Source: Ascoidea asiatica JCM 7603
Lineage: Eukaryota > Fungi > Ascomycota
NCBI GenBank assembly: GCA_001600695.1
Contig: BCKQ01000001.1
Coordinates: 1,279,949 to 1,343,948 of the forward strand
Length of the DNA: 64,000 nucleotides
Reading direction: 5' to 3'
Position 1 is the stretch's first letter. Each line of letters opens with the position of its first letter. Made by a program: the position numbers and the translations under genes. This document shows, one piece after another, positions 1 to 12,100 of the stretch. The notes under the pieces were generated by a model that was not told the DNA's origin, made no database searches, and saw only the letters and a list, made by a program, of their open reading frames with translations.

Positions 1-257
1 GAGTACCAATTAAAGGATCAAGTTTAGAAGGAGTTGATTCATTATATTCAATTGTTCAAATGCCAAGAGGTATACCAGTTGCAACCGTTGCAATTAATAA
101 TTCAACTAATGCAGTTTTATTAGCTATAAGAATTTTATCAACATTTATACCAGAATATAAAGATAAATTAAGTGAATATGTTAAAAGTATGGAAAATGAA
201 GTTAATAAAAAAATTGAAAAAATTGAAAGTATTGGATATGAAGCGTATAATAAATAG
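1..257 (+). CDS. ADE2: Phosphoribosylaminoimidazole carboxylase, C-terminal part (5'-partial)
   Basis: Frame from nt 3 reads [45 protein letters not shown], the PurE-domain signature of fungal Ade2; stop at 255-257. Confidence 0.96.
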   Translation, partial: VPIKGSSLEGVDSLYSIVQMPRGIPVATVAINNSTNAVLLAIRILSTFIPEYKDKLSEYVKSMENEVNKKIEKIESIGYEAYNK

Positions 258-378
258 ATAGATAAATATTTCATTTAAGTTATATATTTTATTTTATACT
301 GTATATATTTATATACAGTATATAATATTTACATTTTTTATATATCTTTTTTTTAAATTATTAATATTATTATTGTGA

Positions 379-1191
379 TTATTTATCATTATTATCCAAT
401 TTTAAATCAATATCATTGTCATTTATAGGATTATTGAATTTAAGATTATTTGTTGATAATAAATTGAATTTTTGATAATTTAAAGATTTTAAAGTTTTTG
501 AAATTTTTATATTTTTGAAATCTTCTAATGATTTTATAATCTCATTTATATTTTGATCGAAATTAATATTTTGATTATTAAAGAAAAGTAAATCATATTC
601 ACTATTTATATTATAATATATATCTTTATTATGAATAATTTTATAAATTATTAAATTTTTATCAATTGAATTAATTTTTAAATCTATTAGATTTAATTTT
701 TTTAAAATACATAAATTTTTTTCTAATTCAATTTCATTTTCAAATATTGTAATTGTAATTGTATTTGAATTTGAATTTGAATTTGAATTAGTATTATTTA
801 AGGTTCTTAAATTATCTGAAAGTAATTCATAAGATATTAAATTATTAAAAGAATTTAAATTTTGATAAATTGAGATTAAAGTATTTAATAAAGTTAAAAT
901 TTTTAATTTTTTTAATGAATTTTTATTTAAATTGATAAATTGATTTAAATTATTGAAATAAATAAAATAATTACCAAAAGAGAATAATTCTAAAGTTTTT
1001 AAGTAATTTGAATTATTTGAAAGTTTTAATTTAATATTTATGAATTTATTAATTCTTATATAATTGAAATTTAATGTATGATTATCTTCAAATTTATCTT
1101 CTAGAAATTTTAGTATTTGATTTATCGCTGTTGAATCATTTATTTCAGATATATTATTTATCACTGGAAGAGATGTATTTGATTTTGACAT
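379..1191 (-). CDS. COP9 signalosome subunit 7-like (Csn9/CSN7) PCI-domain protein
   Basis: LKTLELFSFGNY, KKLKILTLL, ISYELL and ELE..LIDLKIN follow the CSN7 pattern (LELFAYGT, KLRHLTIV, IPYxxL, ELEDLII..GKLD). S. cerevisiae CSN9 lies near SEC7 and ARG82, as here. Confidence 0.7.
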   Translation of the reverse strand: MSKSNTSLPVINNISEINDSTAINQILKFLEDKFEDNHTLNFNYIRINKFINIKLKLSNNSNYLKTLELFSFGNYFIYFNNLNQFINLNKNSLKKLKILTLLNTLISIYQNLNSFNNLISYELLSDNLRTLNNTNSNSNSNSNTITITIFENEIELEKNLCILKKLNLIDLKINSIDKNLIIYKIIHNKDIYYNINSEYDLLFFNNQNINFDQNINEIIKSLEDFKNIKISKTLKSLNYQKFNLLSTNNLKFNNPINDNDIDLKLDNNDK

Positions 1192-2507
1192 TATCTTAGA
1201 TTAATTGAATGACTCAATGATTGGATAATTGAATGATTGACTGATTGAATATATTTAATTCAATTGATTCAATTCAATTCGATTAAAAATATTTTACTTG
1301 TTTATTTATTATCTATTATCTATTGCATTTATTGCATTTATTGAGTTAATTATATTTAATTTAAATGGGACAATGCAACGTCCCTAATAACTTGATACAC
1401 TGCACCTATTTGGGGCAAACTCTTCGGACAAGTTTGTGGTGCGCTTCATCTTAATATACAGGACGGACTGAAACGGGACAGGCACGCTCGGTATCTTTTT
1501 TGGTCTCTTGTTGTTGGTGTGGCGAGTGGCGAGTGGCGTGGTTGTGCTGCTGCGAGATTTGTATGCAGCAAGTCCGCCGCAGCGTCACTGCTCGTCTCTT
1601 GGAAACTCCGCAGAAGGAGCACCGCCACAGGAATGACCTTCCCTGAGCCACACCCAGAGCGCGGCACTGCGCCGGAAGAGCAGTGATATGGGCAAAGAGA
1701 CCAGATCTGGGGGTGTTCTTGCCGAGGACTGGTTACTGGAGGGTGGCTAGTAACTATACACCAGCCTTGTTAGGGGCTTACCTGCTCCTAATCCAGAAAT
1801 ATCGCCATTTTCCTTTTAAAAGCATTTATTCTTCTTAACACCTTCGAAAGTCACAATTAATTTAATTCACCATGAAAATATTCTAAATTACTATTAAAAT
1901 ATTCTAAACTACTATGATTTAATATGATTTAATGGAAATAACATGAATAATCATAAAATAATCATAAAATAATCTCAAATAATCTCAAATATTTGCTAAA
2001 TAATAAATAAATTATCAACAATTAATCTAAAATAATAATCATTTAATGTCCTTTACAATCATATTAATCACAGATAAAAATCAAAATAAGTAATTACTTA
2101 ATCAATAATTTTAATGAACTTTGTTAACTTAATTTATTCTATTAAATAAATTTATAAATTTATTTCAATCATGTTTTATAATTACTTAATATATTAAGTA
2201 TAATTTCAATTATATTCAATATAAAACTCTTGTTTATTTCAATCTCCACTTAAATTTAAAGCTTAAAAGACTAATTAATGTCTAAATATTTTGGACAATT
2301 CTTTATCACTCATTATTCAATTGAATATACTGTATAATCATATACATATAAATATTGTATTATATTATATATATATACTGTATATATAATCATATATTTC
2401 ATATCATTAATGAAGAATTTCAAATTATATTATATTATACTAATATATTCAATTAAATTCAATTTTAATATTATATTCCAATATTAATAATTATAATAAC
2501 AATCAAT

Positions 2508-3173
2508 ATGTCACCAAAGTTAGAATTATCAAGATGCAAAACAAATGATGAATTATATATGAAAGATATTGATGATGTTCTATTAATTAAAAATAAAATT
2601 AGATTAAATAATTCAATCAAACATTCAATTAATCAAATTCATAATTATAATTCCTATTCTTCCCTCAATAATAATAATATAACTGGCAATATTGATTACA
2701 ATTATGAAAACAATGATGAAAACGATAATGATAATAATAATGATAATGATAATGACAATGACAATGATAGTTATAGTGATAGTGATAGTGATGATTATTC
2801 TGATGAAGAAAATGATAATATTAAACAATTATCTTTAATTAAAGATATTCAACCAAAAAGATTACCAATTATAAGTAATACTCTCTCAAGATGTTTATCT
2901 TTACCTCACATAAATAATAATAATAATAATAATTATAATAATTATAATAATAATATATACAATAATAACAATAAATCTCGTAGATTATTCGTTAATCCTA
3001 TTCAATCAAAGAAAAATACTCTAAATTCATTCACAAATAATAATACAAATAACACAAATAATACAAATAATACAAATAATACTCTCAATTCATTATCAAA
3101 TACAAACAAAAATTCAAATACAAGTAATACTAAAAGTAAGAATAATCTAAGAAGAACTATTTCTCATTTCTAA
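2508..3173 (+). CDS. Hypothetical low-complexity Asn/Asp-rich protein, 221 aa
   Basis: ATG in A-rich context, codon usage like neighbouring genes, long upstream region; no family recognised. Confidence 0.7.
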   Translation: MSPKLELSRCKTNDELYMKDIDDVLLIKNKIRLNNSIKHSINQIHNYNSYSSLNNNNITGNIDYNYENNDENDNDNNNDNDNDNDNDSYSDSDSDDYSDEENDNIKQLSLIKDIQPKRLPIISNTLSRCLSLPHINNNNNNNYNNYNNNIYNNNNKSRRLFVNPIQSKKNTLNSFTNNNTNNTNNTNNTNNTLNSLSNTNKNSNTSNTKSKNNLRRTISHF

Positions 3174-3252
3174 CTATATATTTATACAGTACATATATAT
3201 ATATATCTTTATATCTTTATATCTTTATATCTTTGCTTATATTCAATTTTTC

Positions 3253-3315
<63 letters not shown>
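3253..3315. repeat. (AAT)21 microsatellite between convergent genes
   Basis: Perfect trinucleotide run read directly. Confidence 0.95.
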
Positions 3316-3316
<1 letters not shown>

Positions 3317-3355
3317 TATATAATATATATAATATATACTTTTTTATTTACTTAT

Positions 3356-5022
3356 TCATTCAATTGCATTTATTAATAAATTATTAAAATTCTCACAAAC
3401 TTTATTAAATTTCTTGAAATTTAATTCTTCATCTTTATCAAATAATCCTTTAATTGTACCAAAAATAATATTCATTCCATTTTCTGTAGAAACAACATTT
3501 AAAACTAATGATGATGCTAAAACTCCCATATCCTGTGATAAAAACATTTCTTTAATCTTATATTCATTATTTATATTCATATTTAAAATATTATAACCAA
3601 TATTTGAAAGTCTAATTGAATCTGATTTAAAATTATTAAAATTTTTTAAAATTAAATTTTCTAATAAATTTATTTTACTATTTAAATATTGTCTCATTCC
3701 AGTACCAATATAAATTGTATTTTTAATATTCTCAATATCTTTTCTTCTATTAATTTCAATAATTTTTGATAATTTTAAAAAATTTAATTCATAAATATCT
3801 TTAAAAAAAATTTGAAAAAATCCTAAAGATACAAAACATCCATAATTTATATTTTCATTTTTACTTTCTTTTGGAAAATTTTTAATTAAAAATGGTCTAA
3901 GATTTAAAGGATGAGCAAAATCAAATTTTTTATTAATTTTAAGATCTTTAAAATTATAATCTTTCATACTTTTTAAAAAAATTGAAATTAAAAATGAATT
4001 AATTTTAATTTCATTTTTTTTACAAAATTTTAAAATTTTTTCAATTTGAATTTCATTAATTCTAAAAATTTTAAAAAGAGTATTATAATTATAATCATTT
4101 TTAAGGGAATTTAAATTGAATAAGTTTGATTTATTTAATTTACATTCTTTAGTTTCTTCAATATTACTATTTTCATTATCATATCTTTTCAAAGGTTTTA
4201 AATTTTTTATATTAAAATTATTAATAAATTCTTTTGGAGGAATAACATTAATCAATTGATCTAAAGCCAATGGAATTTTTGATAATTTTAAATAATCAAG
4301 TTTAAAATCAAATAAACAAGATAATTCATTCAATTCATTTGAATTACTTAAGTTATTTAATTCAAATAAAAGTGATTTATGAAAATTTATACCAGACATA
4401 CCATCTAACATATGATCAAAAATAAAAGCAATATTGTTATTATTTATATAACATTTCCAAAATGGAATTTGATTATTATTATTTGATAAATTATAAAATG
4501 TATAATTTCTATCAATATTATATAAAAATTCTTCATCAACTATTTCATTAGATAATTTTTGATTTTTATTTGATTCAAATTTAATTACATCATTTACCAT
4601 GATTTTTGAACATGGTTTTAAATAATATTCATATTCAATTTCATTCTCGTTTTCATTTTCTTTATTATTATTGTTATTATTATTGTTATTGTTATTATTA
4701 ATATTTTTCACTTTTTTATTTAAACATAAAGATAAATAAGAATTTTTTAAAATTACATTTCTTAAAGAATTCAAAAAAAGTAATTTATTTATAGGTTTAT
4801 TATAACTTGAAATTACTGTGAGATATTTATGAGCTTTAGCATTATTATATGCAATCCAAAAATGTTCAGAATATCCTAAAAAAAAGTGAAGAAAAGAAGT
4901 ATTAGTTGTTGGTTTTGTTGTTTTAAAATAAGAATTAAATGAAGGGGATAAAATGGAATAATAAACATACCTGCAGGTCTAGTAAATCTTTTTTCAATTT
5001 CAATCTCAGTTTCAGATGACAT
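3356..5022 (-). CDS. Alcohol O-/N-acetyltransferase (Atf1/Atf2/Sli1 family), 2 exons (5022-4971, 4875-3356), 523 aa
   Basis: Intron 4970-4876 (GTATGT, AACTAAT branch, TTTAG) joins MSSETEIEIEKRFTRPAG to YSEHFWIAY in frame with the tracked ORF. Motifs PFWK, FDHMLDGMSGINFH, PLNLRPF, RLSNIG and FLSQD are typical of the AATase family. Confidence 0.85.
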
Positions 5023-6147
5023 TTTCTTAGATTAATGATTGAAGTTGAATGAAATTGAATGAAATTGAATGGAATGAGTCAATATATCAATGAAGTGAAA
5101 TGAGTGAAAATAAAATGGAAAAGGAATGAAATGGATATTTAAGTCATTTTGAAGAATAGTTTAGATAAATGAAAAGCAAAAAAAAGGATGTTTTGAAGAT
5201 TATCATTGTTTAGGATATTAAAGACAATGAAGATATTCAGGATCTTGAATATTGAATATTGAAGATAATGTGATAATAATACTAACATTAGTAGATAATA
5301 AAGATAATAGATAGTAAAGTGGTTTGAACAATGCACTATTGGTACGACTGATAGTGAAGAAATCCTTAAACAGGAGTTGGACACGACGTGTGTCTTGAGT
5401 CGAGGTTTGGAACACTTCGGGACAGGACACAAATTAGAAGAACACAAAACAGTGGAACCAGAACGAAAGAACGCGTCCCACAGAAAAAAACGCAGAGCCG
5501 CGGCTGAGGCGACACGACTTAAGAGACCAGAGACACCGCAGAAACAAGAGACCACAAAAGAGATTACTCAGCACCCCTTGTTTATCACGTAAGCCGCCAA
5601 GAGTGTATTCCGGAGCAGGAAATTAAAAATATTATCGGATAATTCTAACGGAAATAAAAAAAAACCAAAATGGAGACCACGTCTGCGGTGCTTCTCTCCT
5701 TTTAAAAAATTAGGAAATGGAGACCGCCCCGGTGGATCCAGCCAGGGCTGTGGGAGCTCGCGTGCTGCTACGTGTGAGTTTGGCTGCGTGCGGGCTTTTG
5801 CGCGAGTTGCCTGATTGACCGCAGATTTAACAACAAATCAAGATTCAGCGGTGCGGGACTGATGCACTGGAAGTAAAGTGACAATTTCAACCCAGCATAG
5901 ATCCAGTACAGTAAGTTAGTAGCGTTAGTAGTATTAACATAACGCTAACCATCCTTCAAGATCCTACAACCACCACCAGCTCAACTTATTTATGAAATGA
6001 ACAGAAGTGAAATAACTATTCATATGTCTCTGTTCTTTTTTCAAGTAACTACAAATTCAAAGTAATCACCACTACTCACATATTATCAAACTAGGAACTA
6101 GGAATACTACATTTATTCAATTATAAACTGTATTGGAATTCCTAATT

Positions 6148-9100
6148 ATGGAAAAAGAACTATCTATTGAAGTTCCTGTATCTGCAAGTGAGCTCAAGAT
6201 AAATTCAATTGACAATAGTATTCAATTGAACATCAAAAATAGTAGTAATGATGAAATAAATAATATTCAATCAGAATCAACTCTTCCTAACGGGTCATCT
6301 GAGGCTTCTAAAGAATCTAAGGAATCCCTCGATTCTCAAGATTTTAAGGATACTCACGAAGTTGAGAATTCTAAGGAATCAAAAACAACAAATTCACCAG
6401 ATCCAACAGATGAAAATACTAATGATCCAAAACAACTAGAAGATATAAAAGATACGAAAGTTGTAAATGGTGTAAAGGAGACAAATGATCCAAAAGAAGA
6501 AAAAGATCCAAAAGATTTAAAAGATCTAAGTGAATTAAAGGAAGTAAATGAAGTAAAATTAAATAATGAAAATAAAGAAATAATACAAAATAATAATAAA
6601 ATAAATACTGAAATAATAGTAAATGAAAATAATCATCAATCTAATAATAAACAAAAAGAAGATATTCCAAATAATGAAAATCAATCCAAAGAAGATAATC
6701 AAACCAAGGATCCAATTGATAATCAATCTAAAACTCAACAAAGTAATTCAACTTCTTCATTAAATACTGAATCATTACAACAACACACTGAAAAAATAAG
6801 TATTAATGAAACGAAACCTTTAGATCCAATAGTAAATGATGAAAATGAAAATAATAAGAAAATCGTAGTTGAAGAACCAAAAATTTTAGATTCAATTCCA
6901 AGTTCAAGTACAACCACAATGATAAGTTTTTTAAAATCTGTTCATAAACAATTATCAACAAAAAAATTTAATGAATCTCAAAAAGAATTTTTAAAACAAA
7001 TTGAAATTTCAATGAATTTAAATGAATTACCTTTAAATGCAATAATTAATTTATTAAAATCATTTTCAAAAAATATTGAATTAAAATTATTATTAATTGA
7101 TTTAATTTCAAAAATCTTTACTTTTGATGCTTTAAATTATTCAAATTTAAATTATTCTTTATCTTCTGATAATTTCATTTCAAATTCAATTGAATTAATT
7201 AATGATTTATTTACAAATGAAGAAATTAATGAAAAATTAGAATTAAGTTTTGTTCAAACAATTATGTCTATAATTTTAAATTCAAAAAAACCAATTCATG
7301 GTTCAAGATTATTAAATTCAATTAGATTAATTTATAATATTTATGTAGTTAGTATAAATCCAATGAATCAACAAATTTGTGATGCAAGTTTAAATCAAAT
7401 TATTGATTTTATTTATGATAAAGTTGATAAATTAAATGATGAATTAATTTCAAATGATAATTCCTCTTCAAATAATAATTCAAATTCAAATAATAACTTA
7501 AATAGTAACTCAAATTCAAATTCAAATACTTTAACTACTTTTAAACCTCTAAAAAAAGTAACACTTGAAAATCTTGAAAATTTAAGCGAAGTTGATGATA
7601 AAAAATTTGATTCAATTGCAAATTCAATGGATGAAAATGAAGATGATTTAATTATAAAAGATGCCTTTTTAATATTTAGAACAATGTCTAAAATTTCAAT
7701 AAAAGAATTAGATCCTTCAATTTTTGATCCAAGATCTCAACCTGTTAGAGCAAAATTACTTGGTTTAAGAATTATTCATTCAGTTTTAAAAAATCATATA
7801 AATATTTTTTTATCTGATAAAATTTTTTTGATTTCAAGAACAACTCATGAAAAAGTTAAATTAATTGATTCAATTAGAAGACATATTTTACAAACTGTTT
7901 CAAGAAATTCATTATCAAGAGTTAATGAAATTTTTGAAATAACTTTAAATACATTTTTCATTCTTGTAATAAATTTAAGATCTGAATTTAAACTTGAAAT
8001 ATCTCTTATACTTAATGAAGTTTATCTTCATTTAGTTTCTATAGCTTCCTCAACAAAATTTCAAAGAGATCAATTTTTAAAATTTATTTATAGAATTTGT
8101 AATGATCCAAGATGTTTAATTGAATTATATATTAATTATGATTGTGATTCAAGTTTACCAAATATTGTTGAAAAAATTACAAATTATTTAGTTAAAGTTG
8201 AAAATATTCATTATAAAGAATCTTTAACAAGACAAAGAAATGCAAATTCAAATACTGAATTTTTTAAATATGATACTTCTGCTTTAAATTGTATTGTTGG
8301 TATGTTAAGATCTTTAGCTATATGGTCTTCAAAAGGTTCAAATGTTTCAAAAGTTAGAAATACAAGTGTTTCAAGTGGAATTAATAATTCTGTTTATTTA
8401 AGAAATAGGTCTGATACAAATGGTTCATCTTTAAGTAATAGTATGAGTCGTACCCCACTGACCCCACATGATTCTTCAAATTTTAATTTTCCAAATAATA
8501 GTACTCTTAGTGTGGTTGATTCAAGAGAAGATTTAACTGTAATTGATAATCCAAATGAATTTGAATATTTAAAACAAAGAAAAACTGCTTTATATGATGG
8601 TATAAAATCATTCAATTACAAACCAAAAAGAGGAGTTGCAAAATTAATCAAAGATGGTTTCATCGAATCAAATTCACCTTCTGATGTTGCAAAATTTTTA
8701 TTAACAAATAGTAATAATGGAATTGATAAAGCAATGATTGGTGAATTTTTAGGTGAAGGTGATGATTATAATATTGAAGTTATGCATGCATTTGTTGATT
8801 TGATGAATTTTAAGAATCTTAGAATAAATGACGCAATTAGGTTTTTTTTACAAAGTTTCAGATTACCTGGTGAATCACAAAAAATTGATAGATTCATGCT
8901 TAAATTTGCTGCAAGATATCATGAAGATAATCCAACAATATTTGCAAATGCTGATACTGCTTATATTTTATCATATTCTGTTATTATGCTTAACACTGAT
9001 CAACATAATAATCAAGTTAAAGATAAAGATAAAATGACCTTACAAGATTTCATCAAAAATAATTCTGGAATTGATGATGGAAAAGATTTACCAGTTGAAT

Positions 9101-12100
9101 TTTTATCCAACATATATTCCGATATTGGAAAGAATGAAATCAAATTAAATAGTGAACAACATGAAGCATTATTGAAAAACAATACAACTCAGGCACCTCC
9201 CACAACACCATTTGCAGCATTATTTAGTAATAGAGATGCTCTTGAAAGCGAATCTTACAATCAAATAACTAAAGAAATATCTTCAAAGACAGAGAAACTT
9301 TTCAAAAATTTAGATAATCAAAAGAAAGGATCTAATTTGAAAGTTAATGAAAGCAAAGATGATGAAGCTTATTATTCATCTATAGTGTCAATTGGAAGTA
9401 TGAATGCAACAAGAAATAAGTTTTACTCTGCATCTCATATAGAGCATGTAAAATCTATTTTTGAAACTCTTTGGATGTCATTTCTAGCTGCTTTAACTCC
9501 TCCATTCAAAGAATATGATCAAACTGAAACTTCTGAAATTTGTCTTGAAGGTATTAAACTTTCAATAAAAATATCTTGTACTTTTGATGTCGCTTATGCA
9601 AGGACTTCATTTGTGAATGCTTTGATTCAGTTTACCAATTTACAAAATATTGAAGAAATTAAAGACAAAAATATTAGAGCAATTGAAATTCTTTTAGATA
9701 TTTGTATTACAGAAGGAAATAATTTGAAATCTACATGGAAAGATCTTCTTTTATGTATTTCTCAATTAGATAGACTTCAATTAATTGCTCAAGGAATTGA
9801 GCCTAATACTGTTCCAGATGTTTCAATAACAAGATTAGCAAATAGAGCTTCATTTGAAAGTTCAAGATCTGCTTCAACAGCAATTTCAAATGGGAATATT
9901 TTTAATTTTCTTACTACTAAGAAAGATCCATCTGAGTTAGCACAAATACATCATCAAAATCAAAAGCTTAATCCTGAAGTAGCTAATTCATTAAATTCAA
10001 GTGAAATAACTGTTGGAATTGATAAAATATTTTCTAATAGTTCAAATTTAACTAATGGTATTTTTGATTTCGTTGAGGCTTTAGTTGAAGTTGTTAACGA
10101 AGAAACTCAAAGTTCTGGGGCTTCAGGACAACCAAGAATATTTGCAATGCAAAAATTAGTTGATGTATGTTACTATTCCATGATTAGAATAAGATTAGAG
10201 TGGTCTAAACTTTGGGTCATTATGGCTAAAGCTTTCAATTCTATGGGTACATGTCCAAATAATGCAGTACTTGTTTTTGCTTTAGATTCTTTGAGACAAT
10301 TATCTATGAGATTTTTAGATATTGAAGAACTTGCCCATTTCAAATTTCAAAAGGAATTTTTACATAGTTTTAAAGTTATATTTTCAGATAATGATAATTT
10401 TAATATTAAACAATTAATTTTAGATATTTTTGAAAATATTATAGATTCAAAAGCAGAAAAAATGAAGTCCGGTTGGTCTTCTATATTTGAAGTTTTAGAA
10501 CTGGCAGCTGGAGATTCCAAAGAAGAATTAGTATCTAAATCTTTTAAAGTTGTTGAAAAAATTAATAATGGATATTTTGTCAACGTTTATGAACAAAATG
10601 ATTTCAAAGGTCTTGTTGGATGTTTTATTGTTTATGCTCAAAATGATAAATTCCAAAAAATAGGATTACATGCAGTAGGAGATATGAAAAAATTAGTGCA
10701 TTTCGTTGATGGATTAAATAGTGAAGCATTAAATACTGATAATGCTGAAAACGAAAAAAATGGAACAAAGGTGAACCCCTATAAACTGTTTCAAGAAAAA
10801 TTATGGTTTCCTTTATTGGAAGGATTCCATAAAGTTATAATGAAAGCAGAAGATCTTGAAGTAAGATCAACAGCTTTAAATTTTATGTTTGATTCTTTAG
10901 TTGTATATGGATCAAATTTTGATAAAGAATTTTGGAATGATGTATGTAAAAAATTGCTTTTTCCAATATTTGGTGTATTAAGTGATCATTGGGAAATAAA
11001 TGCTTCAAATAGTCATGATGATTTTTCAGTATGGCTATCTACAACTTTAATTCAAGCTTTAAGAAATATGATTGCATTATTTACACATTTTGATGATTTA
11101 TTATTTATGTTGGAAGATTATCTAAAATTATTAGAGTCTTGTATTCTTCAAGAAAACGATACAATTTCTCGAATTGGAAGATCATGTTTACAACAATTAA
11201 TATTACAGAATATGCAAAAATTTTCTCGAGAAGATTGGAATAAAATTTTATATTGTTTCCAATATTTATTTAAATTATCAACCGCCATTGAATTATTTAA
11301 AGCAGATCCTTTAAAACAATCTTCTGAGCTAGATGTTTCTAATAGAACATTTATGAGTGGCAACGGAAATATGGAAAGTCAAGATGTTATAAAAAATGAT
11401 ATTGCAGAAAAAGAAGATGATGAAAATGCGTTAGATGTATCATCTAGTAAAACAAATCAAGCAAGTAAATCTATTGATGATGAAGTTCGAAGAAAAACAA
11501 AAGAAAAAAGTACAATTGTAGTAAAATGTGTACTTCAATTATTGGTAATAGAAACAGTTTCTGAATTACTTGAAGATGAAGTTTTTTATTCTTTAATTCC
11601 AATTGATAATTTACTTGCTTTAAGTCAATGTCTTAAAGAAAGTTATAAATTTTCTAGAAAATTCAATGATGATTATAATTTAAGAGTTAGATTATGGAAT
11701 TTTGGAGTAATTGAAAGATTACCAAATTTATTAAGACAAGAGTCTTCATCATCAGCAGTTTTTGTAAATATTATGTTTAGACTTGTAATTGATAAAGAAA
11801 AAGCTTCAAAAGATCAAAAAGAACAAATGCTAAAAGATTTAATACCTTTGTGTGTGGGAATAACACAAAAATACATTGAACTAGATGATGTATCACAACA
11901 AAGAAATATAGGAACTTGGAGACCAGTTGTTGTTGAAATTTTACAAGGATATTATGAATTAGATGAAGAAGATTTTATAAGTAATTGTCCTGTTATGTAT
12001 GAATTGGTATTAAACATTTTAGATAAATCATTACCAGTGGAAATGCGTTCGGTGATAAAATCTTTTTTAACAAGAGTTGGAGAAGTTTACTTAAAAATTT

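Noticed and set aside
1446-1667. Short ORFs in GC-rich islands (also 5139-5592, 22395-23407, 28792-28980, 31466-31932, 38301-38486, 45502-45684)
   Set aside because: They overlap in several frames, mostly start at GTG/TTG, have codon usage unlike real genes and no motifs; explained by stop-codon scarcity in GC islands.
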